DNA from: Nitrospirota bacterium
GTDB lineage: Bacteria > Nitrospirota > Thermodesulfovibrionia > UBA6902
Direction: 5' to 3'
Assembly (NCBI GenBank): GCA_016213935.1
Contig: JACQZG010000007.1
Coordinates: 2,206-66,205 of the forward strand
Length of the DNA stretch: 64,000 bases
Shown here: positions 31,840 through 40,545 of the stretch, piece after piece
Layout of the letters: the number at the start of each line of letters is the position of its first letter
How positions within the stretch are numbered: position 1 is the stretch's first letter
Made by a program: the position numbers and the translations under genes
The notes under the pieces: generated by a model
The model's input: only the letters and a program-made list of their open reading frames with translations
Told to the model about the DNA's origin: nothing
Database searches by the model: none

Positions 31840-32310
31840 TTAAACCATCTCATCCCCGTTTCCGCCTATCTCCATGCCCATCAACACAGCGTCTTCCTGC
31901 GGTTTGTGATAGTAGTTCTTTCTTCTCCCTATGACCCTGAAGCCGTGCTTTTCGTAAAGCATTATCGCGTGCGACGACGCCCTGACCTCCAATGTTATGA
32001 AATCCGTCTCTTCCTGCATCGCCTCGAGTTCATCAAGCGCTGTTTCAAGCAGCATGCTCCCTATCCCCATTCTCCTCCAGGGAGGGGCAACGGCGAGGTT
32101 CAGTATATGCGTGATATCGAGCATGACGCGCAGGCATATGTAGCCGACGATATGGCCGTTGAGTTCGGCTATCTTCAATATCGAGTGCGGCTCCATGAGT
32201 TCATGGTCAAACGAGTTCATGCTCCACGGCGTGCTGAATGACTCATTCTCAATGGCGCATATTTCGGGCAGGTCTGCATACAGCATGTCTCTGATGATTA
32301 TGCTTTCCAA
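31840..32310 (-). CDS. rimI: Ribosomal-protein-alanine N-acetyltransferase
   Basis: HILNLAV, RRMGIG, LEVRAS, RKNYY..EDA; follows tsaB. Confidence 0.92.
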   Translation of the reverse strand: MESIIIRDMLYADLPEICAIENESFSTPWSMNSFDHELMEPHSILKIAELNGHIVGYICLRVMLDITHILNLAVAPPWRRMGIGSMLLETALDELEAMQEETDFITLEVRASSHAIMLYEKHGFRVIGRRKNYYHKPQEDAVLMGMEIGGNGDEMV

Positions 32311-32981
32311 CGTATCTCCGCTTCTGACTTTCTGATGTAAAAGGGCGTAAGACCCGCGGGGTCGACACCCTCTCCCCTGCCAAGCATCTCAACAGCGATC
32401 TCAGCGACGCTTGATGCGGAGGGAGAAAAAAGGGAATATTGAGGGAATACGGCGTCATCTCTTAAGGCTCCGGCAATAATATTTTTATATTTTGCCGCGC
32501 CGTCGCCCGTGAATAATGCAGGCCCGTCTATTCTCTTTATGAATTGAGAAGGGGCCGCCGCCTCTTCGGGGATGATCTTTTTACATATGCCGTTTTCCCA
32601 TTTATAGAGAGCCGTGTAGACCTCATCCCTCCGGGCATCGAGCATAGGGCAGATGAAATAAGAGCAGAAAGGGAACCTTCTCGCAAAGGCATCGAGAGTT
32701 GGGACAGGCAGAAGCGGTTTTTTTGCCGCGAAGGCGAGCCCCTTTGCCGTGCTCAGCCCTATCCGAAGGCCTGTGAATGAGCCCGGCCCTATGGATACGG
32801 CAAAAGCGTCAATATCATGAATTGAAAGAAGGGAGCTCTTTAAGAGCCAGACGATGGAATCCATCAATCTTTCAGAATGGGTTATGCTCACGTCAAGCCT
32901 CACCTCGCCTACAAACGCCTCATCTGTCACAACGGCGATGCTTCCGGCTTTGGTGGCTGTTTCAATCGCGAGCAGATTCAT
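32298..32981 (-). CDS. tsaB: tRNA t6A biosynthesis protein TsaB
   Basis: LAIETAT, HSERL, GPGSFTGLRIG, DARRDEVY, PFYIR. Start placed at ATG 32981. Confidence 0.95.
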   Translation of the reverse strand: MNLLAIETATKAGSIAVVTDEAFVGEVRLDVSITHSERLMDSIVWLLKSSLLSIHDIDAFAVSIGPGSFTGLRIGLSTAKGLAFAAKKPLLPVPTLDAFARRFPFCSYFICPMLDARRDEVYTALYKWENGICKKIIPEEAAAPSQFIKRIDGPALFTGDGAAKYKNIIAGALRDDAVFPQYSLFSPSASSVAEIAVEMLGRGEGVDPAGLTPFYIRKSEAEIRWKA

Positions 32982-33074
32982 GAAAATTAGTTTAACCAAA
33001 AGGCTGAAAGAGAGCAAACGCTCGTAAATCACGGTTTGAAGGGCATGCTCTTTAATCTGTTATAATATCATTCT

Positions 33075-34787
33075 ATGTCGCCGCTTAAAAAATATATTGC
33101 CGAGCCGAAGATAGCCTACTTTTCAATGGAGATAGGGCTCAAGGATGAGATCCCGACCTATTCCGGCGGCCTCGGCGTGCTTGCCGGCGATACGGTAAAA
33201 TCAGCCGCTGACCTGAGCCTCCCTTTTGTCGCCGTCACCCTTGTGAGCAGGAAGGGTTATTTCCGCCAGTCTCTTGACGCTTCGGGCTGGCAGACGGAAC
33301 AGCCTGCTTTATGGGAGCCTTCTGAATTCACCTCAAAGACAGACGCGAAGGTTTTTGTTGATATCGAAGGGCGGAAAGTCTTCATACAGTCATGGGCATA
33401 TTTTGTCGAAAGCCCGAGAAACGGGAGCGTGCCTGTCATATATCTTGACACCGACCTTCCCGAGAACAGCCCTGAGGACAGGAGGCTGACCGACCACCTC
33501 TATGGAGGAGACGAGGGGTACAGGATAAAGCAGGAGATGATACTCGGCATCGGCGGCGTCAGGATGCTCAAGAAGCTCGGCTTCAAGATAAAAAAATATC
33601 ACATGAATGAAGGGCATGCCGCCTTTCTTACGCTTGAACTGCTTCATGAGTTCAAGAGGAATATCGAATCGGTCTGGGACGAGGACAAAATATGGGATAT
33701 AGAGGCGGTCAAAGACCTCTGCGTATTTACAACGCACACTCCTCTCGAGGCAGGGCATGACAAATTCTCATACGAGCTTTATGACAAGGTCTTCGGCTCT
33801 TATTTCCCAAAGCATATACTTAAGCAGCTTGCCGGAGAGAAGAATGTGAATATGACTCTTCTCGGCTTCAACCTCAGCGATTATGTCAACGGAGTGGCAA
33901 AAAGGCACGGCGAGGTCTCGCAAAACATGTTCCCCGGGTATCACATAAACGCTATAACTAACGGCGTCCACTCATACACATGGACGTGCGGAAGCATGAA
34001 GAGGATTTTTGACAAGTATCTTCCCGGATGGGCTAATGAACCGGAAATTTTCGTAAGGGTCGGGGCAATCCCGGACGAAGAACTTTGGGGCGCGCATCTC
34101 GAGGCGAAAAAAGGGCTTATCGATTACGTAAACTCGATTTCAGGCGCGGGCATGGATTACGAGACGCTGACAATCGGGTTTGCAAGGAGGGCTACTGCAT
34201 ATAAAAGGGCTGACCTTCTATTTTCGGATATCAACAGGCTTGAGAGGATAGGTGCCGGCAGGATACAGGTCATCTACTCGGGCAAGGCCCACCCGAAAGA
34301 TAATGAAGGCAAGCACCTCATTCAGAAAATATTCTCATCGAGGGATAGGCTTAAAGGAAAGGTGAAGATAGCTTTCGTTGAAAACTATAACATGGAGATT
34401 GCGTTAAGGCTTGTCTCAGGCGTGGATATCTGGCTCAATACGCCGTTAAGGCCGCTTGAGGCATCCGGCACGAGCGGCATGAAGGCCGCGCATAACGGGG
34501 TAATGAACTTCAGCGTTCTTGACGGGTGGTGGATAGAGGGGCATATAGAGAGCTTTACCGGCTGGTCCATAGGCCCGGCGCCGACTGAAGTGACGCCAGA
34601 CGCTGATATGAACAGAATTGACGCTGATGACCTTTACAATAAACTTGAACGCATCATAATTCCCACCTTTTATAATGACCGCAAGACATGGATAAGGATC
34701 ATGCAAAACGCCATAGGCAAGAACGCCTATTACTTCAACAGCCACAGGATGATGCGTAGGTACGTGACAGAGGCATACATCAGGTAG
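33075..34787 (+). CDS. glgP: Alpha-glucan phosphorylase (short form)
   Basis: YFSMEIG, YSGGLGVLAGD, HMNEGH, ARRATAYKR, EASGTSGMK (PLP lysine). Confidence 0.95.
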   Translation: MSPLKKYIAEPKIAYFSMEIGLKDEIPTYSGGLGVLAGDTVKSAADLSLPFVAVTLVSRKGYFRQSLDASGWQTEQPALWEPSEFTSKTDAKVFVDIEGRKVFIQSWAYFVESPRNGSVPVIYLDTDLPENSPEDRRLTDHLYGGDEGYRIKQEMILGIGGVRMLKKLGFKIKKYHMNEGHAAFLTLELLHEFKRNIESVWDEDKIWDIEAVKDLCVFTTHTPLEAGHDKFSYELYDKVFGSYFPKHILKQLAGEKNVNMTLLGFNLSDYVNGVAKRHGEVSQNMFPGYHINAITNGVHSYTWTCGSMKRIFDKYLPGWANEPEIFVRVGAIPDEELWGAHLEAKKGLIDYVNSISGAGMDYETLTIGFARRATAYKRADLLFSDINRLERIGAGRIQVIYSGKAHPKDNEGKHLIQKIFSSRDRLKGKVKIAFVENYNMEIALRLVSGVDIWLNTPLRPLEASGTSGMKAAHNGVMNFSVLDGWWIEGHIESFTGWSIGPAPTEVTPDADMNRIDADDLYNKLERIIIPTFYNDRKTWIRIMQNAIGKNAYYFNSHRMMRRYVTEAYIR

Positions 34788-34861
34788 CCGACGTGAAGAC
34801 TTATCCGGTGGATTTTTAAGGTTTTTTGTAATATGATTTATTATCATGCAGGTGCGGAAAC

Positions 34862-36208
34862 ATGAATGAGATGGATTACATATTCGAGCGCATAGAGAGA
34901 AAGCAGAAGGATTACCTGAGGTATGACTTCACGCTGACGGAGAATAACGCGCTCAAGACCTTTTTCGACCTTTCTCAGGAGCTTGACAGGATCGAGGATT
35001 TTTACAGCGTATGCGTCGCCATCGTAAAGAGTTTTTTTAATCTTAACGCCGCGCTTTACGTCGTAAACCACAGGCTCAACTCTCTTGCGCTCGTCTCTCA
35101 TGTGGGAGACAAGCCTTATGAGCTTAACGCCAGCCCGCCCCCGCATATCATACCTAAAGAGTATCCTTATTATACAGACGACCGGAGCCTCATCCTGACG
35201 ATACGCGGCAAGAAGTCTTTGATGGACCAGATACCTTTTCATATCGAAGACGACATATTGGGGATTCTTGAGGTCTACCCCCTCGACGGGATAGACAAAC
35301 ATGTCGAGCTCTTCTTCGTGAAATACGCGAACCGCATAGGGTTTAACATCCATAACAGGTTCCTTGTCGAGAGAAACATAGAGCACCTTAAATTCATCCG
35401 CTCCCTTGTGGCTGACATAGAGCACAACATCATAGTCCCTAACATGGTCTACAAGCTTTTTCTCAGGGGGCTCAGGAAGAAGATTGAAAAGAACATCGAG
35501 ATCGAAAAAGATGCGAATCAGAAATTGGCCGGCGCGGATACCGCCGTGCCTGACATGAATACCTGCCTTAAGGAGATATCTGACGTCAATCAGGGCCTTA
35601 TACTCGAGCTTGAGAATATAGAGAAGCACTATAAGAACATGAGCCTCTTCATCGAGACGCTCTTTCGCAAGAGCCATTTTGACCAGGGGAGGCTGACGCT
35701 CAGGATAACCCCCTGCAATATCAAAAAGGATGTCGTGCTTCCTCAGCTTGAACGCTTCCTCGCGCAGTTTGAAAAAATGGGGATATCGCATGACGACCGG
35801 CTCAGCGGCATTCCCGATGCCGAGGTCATCACGGTTGTGGATGTGGGGATCATAGCGCAGGTCTACGCGAACCTCTTCTCCAACGCGCTTAAATATACTC
35901 AGGAGGTCATCACCTACGGCGGAGAGAAGAAGAAATACATCTCATACGGCCATGAGATAATACATGATTTCTTCGGTCCCGGCAAAAACGGGGTTAAGCT
36001 TAATGTCTTCAGCACAGGCCCTCATATCTCTCCTGATGAGCGCGAGAGGCTTTTTGATGAATCGTACAGGGGTTCAAACACGGAGGGAAAGCCCGGCACA
36101 GGGCACGGCCTCTCCTTTATAAAGAATGCCGTTGAGATACACGGCGGGATTGTAGGCTACGAGGCCACGCAGTACGGTAATAATTTTTACTTTATCCTGC
36201 CGAAATGA
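34862..36208 (+). CDS. Cytoplasmic sensor histidine kinase with atypical H-box
   Basis: DIEHNIIVPN, NLFSNALKY, STGPHI, GTGHGLS; GAF-like N-terminus; no TM segment. Confidence 0.8.
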   Translation: MNEMDYIFERIERKQKDYLRYDFTLTENNALKTFFDLSQELDRIEDFYSVCVAIVKSFFNLNAALYVVNHRLNSLALVSHVGDKPYELNASPPPHIIPKEYPYYTDDRSLILTIRGKKSLMDQIPFHIEDDILGILEVYPLDGIDKHVELFFVKYANRIGFNIHNRFLVERNIEHLKFIRSLVADIEHNIIVPNMVYKLFLRGLRKKIEKNIEIEKDANQKLAGADTAVPDMNTCLKEISDVNQGLILELENIEKHYKNMSLFIETLFRKSHFDQGRLTLRITPCNIKKDVVLPQLERFLAQFEKMGISHDDRLSGIPDAEVITVVDVGIIAQVYANLFSNALKYTQEVITYGGEKKKYISYGHEIIHDFFGPGKNGVKLNVFSTGPHISPDERERLFDESYRGSNTEGKPGTGHGLSFIKNAVEIHGGIVGYEATQYGNNFYFILPK

Positions 36209-36350
36209 CCGTTAACGCCCCGCTTCACGCCGGCTGTTTCATAACTTATTCATTTCGCGCTATTATATTATGCTGTAATTTGGCCCGTATAATCCGAGAT
36301 TTGACTTCAATAATCATTAATGCTAATTTAGACATCCGGGAGATAGTGCT

Positions 36351-37832
36351 TTGAAAGATAAGGATAATAATATATTTTACGCGGTTTGGAATTTATTCGC
36401 CTCCATCAAGCTCGCCATAGTCGTTCTTCTTCTTCTTGCCGTGACATCCATTGTAGGCACGGTGGTTCCGCAGGAAGCGGACAAGGCGATAGAGTTTCTC
36501 GCGGACGTGGCCGGAGAGAATAACGCTCCTGCAATTTATAACCTTTTCGTAACGCTTGACTTCATAGACATGTACCATTCATGGTGGTTCAAGCTTCTTC
36601 TTGTGCTCTTCTCCGTTAACCTGCTCGTCTGCTCTTTAGACAAGCTCCCGAGGATATGGCATATAATTCAGACGCCGGTCCACCCGCTCGGGGAGCAGGC
36701 GATAAAGAACCTTCAGGTCAGCAGGGAGATAAAGATAAAGGGCTCTTTGCAGGAAGTAAAAGACGGCTTTCTCAACAACCTGAAGGCGGGAAGGTATATT
36801 CCCCTTGAAGCAACTGATGCCGGCTCTGTTCAGTTCTATTCGCAGAAAGGGCGCTACACCCGGTTAGGGGTTTATGTAGTCCATCTCAGTATACTTCTTA
36901 TTTTTGTCGGCGCCCTGGTCGGCTTCCAGTTCGGGTTTGACGGGCAGTTGAACCTTCCGGAAGGCACAACATCAAGCTCGGTTTACACCTTTGACGGCGA
37001 GAGAATAGACCTTGATTTCCTTATCAGGTGCAACTGGTACGAGACGACTTATTATAAGGAGAGCTTCAGGCCGCAGGAGTTTGAGAGCGAACTGGTGATA
37101 ATCGAGGATGGCAAAGAGGTGATGAGGAAGATTGTTGAGGTTAATGACCCGCTCACGTATAAAGGGATTACCTTTTATCAGGCGAATTACGGAAGCGCCC
37201 TTCAGTTCTATCCGAACATTAATTTTTATCAGTCAAATTACGGAAAGATACCTGTCGGCCTCGGAGAATTCATCTTAAAGGTCGCGCCTGCCGGAGGGCA
37301 GGAGCAGGCCGTGAGATTGAAATTTGGAGAGGCATTTGACATTCCGGGCACAGGCATTAAGGCCACGGTTGTTGACTTCTCCCCGGCTCTTGGCAGGGAC
37401 CCGAGATCCGGCAACCTCTACACATTTGACGACCAGATGCTCAACCCGGCCGTCGCGATCGAGATAAAAGAAGAAGGCAAAAACGCCTACACCGGATGGT
37501 TTCTGAAGCGCGACCCGGGAACATGGATAATTCCCGGAGGCCATAAGATAGAGTTTGTCGAATTCTGGGGGCTTGAATATACCGGCCTTCAGGTCTCAAA
37601 AGATCCGGGCGTGTGGATTATTTATCTTGCATGTATTATCATGACCCTTGGGCTTTATGTGGCATTCTTCATGAGCCACAAGAGGATATGGATTATGCTG
37701 TTGAATGAAAAGAACTCGGTCAGGGTGCTTGCCGGCGGCTCCGCAACAAAAAACAGGCTCGCGTTTGAGCAGGAGATAGAGAGCATATTATCAAAGACCT
37801 CTGAAGCTGTCGAGGGAAGGAGCAGGAAATGA
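36351..37832 (+). CDS. resB: Cytochrome c biogenesis protein ResB/Ccs1 (system II)
   Basis: ASIKLAIV, GTVVPQ, YHSWWF, HLSIL, VNDPL, KDPG. Confidence 0.92.
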   Translation: MKDKDNNIFYAVWNLFASIKLAIVVLLLLAVTSIVGTVVPQEADKAIEFLADVAGENNAPAIYNLFVTLDFIDMYHSWWFKLLLVLFSVNLLVCSLDKLPRIWHIIQTPVHPLGEQAIKNLQVSREIKIKGSLQEVKDGFLNNLKAGRYIPLEATDAGSVQFYSQKGRYTRLGVYVVHLSILLIFVGALVGFQFGFDGQLNLPEGTTSSSVYTFDGERIDLDFLIRCNWYETTYYKESFRPQEFESELVIIEDGKEVMRKIVEVNDPLTYKGITFYQANYGSALQFYPNINFYQSNYGKIPVGLGEFILKVAPAGGQEQAVRLKFGEAFDIPGTGIKATVVDFSPALGRDPRSGNLYTFDDQMLNPAVAIEIKEEGKNAYTGWFLKRDPGTWIIPGGHKIEFVEFWGLEYTGLQVSKDPGVWIIYLACIIMTLGLYVAFFMSHKRIWIMLLNEKNSVRVLAGGSATKNRLAFEQEIESILSKTSEAVEGRSRK

Positions 37833-38935
37833 GCAGTTCAAACTTTTACAACATATCGAACCTGTTATATTTCATAGCGATGGCCGCTTATATAAGTTAT
37901 GTCGGGTTTAAAACCAGGGGCATAGCTTTAGCGGCTTCAGGCATTACGATTGCCGGCTTCATCAGCCATACATTATCTATGGCCGTCAGATGGGCGGACT
38001 CGCATGTCTTCTGGGTCAGCGCGGTGCCGACATCAGGAACGGTTGAGGCCTTACTGAGAAGCGCGCCGCTGAGGAACCTCTTCGAATCGCTCAACTTTTT
38101 TGTATGGGCATTGATAGCGTTTCACCTTATCATTGAGTTTAAATACAAGAACAGGTCGCTCGGCGCATTTGTCCTCCCTGTAGCGGCGCTCGCCCTTGCA
38201 TTTATAGATGTATCAGGAATGTCAAAGGAGATAGAGCCTCTTGTGCCCGCGCTTCAGTCAAACTGGCTCCTCTTCCATGTCTTTTTGAGCTTCATAGGCT
38301 ATGCGGCATTTGGCGTTTCGTTCGGAGCCGCGGTCGCATACCTTATAACAGTCACTGAATCAAGAAACGAAAAGCCGTACATATTCGGCAGTATTGTCAT
38401 CGGCATCTTTCTCGTTGTACTCATTGCCATGGGCATCGATTTTCTCACTCTCACCGCTTCACAGCGCGGCGAACTTCTCCAGAGCTATTTTCTAAAGGCA
38501 ACGTTTAAAAACTCTTCAGGGCTCATTGCCGTCGCAAGCTATATAATCAGCCTGGCTTTTGTCGCGGCGGTATGGAGGTTTGGCCTCGGGCTCAAAAAGG
38601 TGCTTGAAGGGCTTGCGTTAAACAAGAATACACTTGACGAAATAACTTACAAAAGCATAGCTGTCGGCTTCCCTCTCTTCACGATAGGCGGCGTCATAAT
38701 GGGCGCCATCTGGGCAAACAGCGCGTGGGGAACTTACTGGAGCTGGGACCCCAAAGAGACATGGTCTCTCATAACATGGTTTGTTTACGCTGTCTATCTT
38801 CACGCGCGCCTTGTCGCGGGGTGGAAGGGGAAGAAGGCGGCCATCCTCTCAATAATAGGCTTTGTCGCGGTAATATTCACTTACCTCGGCGTGAACCTGG
38901 TGCTCTCAGGACTTCATTCCTACGGAAGTTCATAA
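37829..38935 (+). CDS. ccsA: Cytochrome c biogenesis protein CcsA/ResC
   Basis: WWD domain GAIWANSAWGTYWSWDPKETW, PALQSNWL..H, GLHSY. Confidence 0.95.
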   Translation: MSSSNFYNISNLLYFIAMAAYISYVGFKTRGIALAASGITIAGFISHTLSMAVRWADSHVFWVSAVPTSGTVEALLRSAPLRNLFESLNFFVWALIAFHLIIEFKYKNRSLGAFVLPVAALALAFIDVSGMSKEIEPLVPALQSNWLLFHVFLSFIGYAAFGVSFGAAVAYLITVTESRNEKPYIFGSIVIGIFLVVLIAMGIDFLTLTASQRGELLQSYFLKATFKNSSGLIAVASYIISLAFVAAVWRFGLGLKKVLEGLALNKNTLDEITYKSIAVGFPLFTIGGVIMGAIWANSAWGTYWSWDPKETWSLITWFVYAVYLHARLVAGWKGKKAAILSIIGFVAVIFTYLGVNLVLSGLHSYGSS

Positions 38936-38980
38936 CGGCTTAACGGCACAGAGTTTTTTTGATTCTTCCTCATTGTTGTT

Positions 38981-39013
38981 TCCCCTCTAAAAAGAGGGGG
39001 TAAAGGGGTGTGT
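38981..39013. repeat. Short palindromic element CCCCTCT-AAAA-AGAGGGG plus tail
   Basis: TCCCCTCTAAAAAGAGGGGGTAAAGGGGTGTGT; may also act as a hairpin after ccsA. Confidence 0.5.
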
Positions 39014-39044
39014 CATAATCTCCCGCAATCTCATTCTGTTCGCT

Positions 39045-39087
39045 GTCATTCCCGCTTGCCTGTCTGCCGGTAGGCAGGTCCGGAATC
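39045..39087. repeat. REP-like palindrome with nested 20-bp palindrome
   Basis: GTCATTCCCGCTTG [CCTGTCTGCCGGTAGGCAGG] TCCGGAATC. Confidence 0.6.
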
Positions 39088-39213
39088 TTCTTGTTTCAGT
39101 ATCCCTCATGAAGGTATTTTATGCTTGATGGATTAATGCCTAATGGCTATAATGGATTCATCAACAAGCAAGGAGCTTTTTAACTGTTAATTGTTAGCCA
39201 TAAAGAGGAAACA

Positions 39214-39873
39214 ATGCCGTATCAAAACAAGATTCGAGAAATCATATCTCAGTCTGAAACATATCACAAGGCATTTTATAAGGCTGAGACCTTTCGTGGC
39301 CCCAGTCTCTATTTTCATCGACGCGCTCTTGAAACGAGACAACCGCCTGGATCACTTGTGCACTTGGAGTATGTATATGCGACACTGTCTGCATGGGGAA
39401 TGCATCGGATGGGCAAAGGCGGCTCCAAGATGCAACATTTTGACGTATTTAGACAAAGTATTGTATCTATTCAAGATATGCTCTCAGAAGCACAAAAATA
39501 TGATTTTCGTGAAATGAACAATCAGAAATGGGCAATTCTTGAACAAACATTTAAAAGCATAAAAGTCATGGCCAGCGGAACAAGTCTTGTTGGCAATTCT
39601 AAGGTCATGCATCATATGTTGCCTAATATAGTGCCACCAATTGATCGTGAATATACTCTCAGGTTTTTAAGAGGCAATACCAACATAACGAATGGTTTGG
39701 ATTCCGAATGGCTGCTTATGAGAGGAATCATCGAAAATTTCTTTATCCCAGTTGCCTCTGATAAGGATTTTGAATCTAAGGCAACGGGATGGATAGCATG
39801 CGGGGATGACTATCTATGGGATACATCGATTATAAAGGTTGTGGATAATCTTGTGATTGGGTCGAGAAAATAA
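39214..39873 (+). CDS. Hypothetical protein with HhH-GPD-like motif (possible DNA glycosylase fold)
   Basis: LSAWGMHR and SKVMHHMLPNIVPPIDREY resemble the K..L....P...P.D motif of HhH-superfamily proteins. AT-rich. Confidence 0.5.
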   Translation: MPYQNKIREIISQSETYHKAFYKAETFRGPSLYFHRRALETRQPPGSLVHLEYVYATLSAWGMHRMGKGGSKMQHFDVFRQSIVSIQDMLSEAQKYDFREMNNQKWAILEQTFKSIKVMASGTSLVGNSKVMHHMLPNIVPPIDREYTLRFLRGNTNITNGLDSEWLLMRGIIENFFIPVASDKDFESKATGWIACGDDYLWDTSIIKVVDNLVIGSRK

Positions 39874-39903
39874 GTGAACGAACTAATTAACTAAAAGAGA
39901 GCT

Positions 39904-40545
39904 ATGAATCTTTATCTCCACAAAATATCTTCAACAGTTCTTCTCCTGCTCTTACTTGCCTTCATTCCTGCCCTTGTTTTTGCTGATGCAGAAAACATCT
40001 TTAAAGAAAACAGCAAAGCTGTCGTGGTTATCGTTACCCTTGACAACAATGGTGATGTAACTCAGGGAAGTGGATTCATTGTCAGGGCAGACGGCGCAAT
40101 CGTTACCAACTACCATGTCATAAGCAATGCAACAGATATAAAGGTAAAGGCAGGCGACAAGACTTTGGATGTTGAAGGACTTATCTATAAAGATGAAGAG
40201 AATGATCTTGTAATCCTAAAGGCGAAAGGCGAGAAACTCCCTGTAGTGAAGACAGGAAATTTTGAGAAGACAAATGTTGGTGAAAAGGTCTATGTAATAA
40301 GCAGTCCCGAAGGACTTGAGAATACCATCTCAGACGGGATTTTAAGCGGAATAAGGGACATTGACGAGAAGAGAAAGGTTCTTCAGATAACGGCTCCTGT
40401 TTCAGCAGGCAGTAGCGGAGGGCCTGTCTTTAATAAAGATGGAGAAGTCATAGGTATTGCAACATTTATCATACAGACGGCACAGAATCTTAATTTTGCT
40501 ATGCCTATTAATTTTTTCAGATACTCCTCGTTGTTCGGCAGTTAA
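39904..40545 (+). CDS. Exported trypsin-like (S1C) serine protease, apparently C-terminally truncated
   Basis: Signal peptide, GSGF, VTNYHV, NDLVIL, GSSGGPV. Ends abruptly after NFAMPIN and overlaps the convergent ORF. Confidence 0.82.
   Translation: MNLYLHKISSTVLLLLLLAFIPALVFADAENIFKENSKAVVVIVTLDNNGDVTQGSGFIVRADGAIVTNYHVISNATDIKVKAGDKTLDVEGLIYKDEENDLVILKAKGEKLPVVKTGNFEKTNVGEKVYVISSPEGLENTISDGILSGIRDIDEKRKVLQITAPVSAGSSGGPVFNKDGEVIGIATFIIQTAQNLNFAMPINFFRYSSLFGS

Noticed and set aside
34844-35791. 315-aa antisense ORF over the histidine kinase
   Set aside because: It fully overlaps a motif-bearing gene on the other strand and has no recognisable motifs, consistent with a codon-bias shadow.
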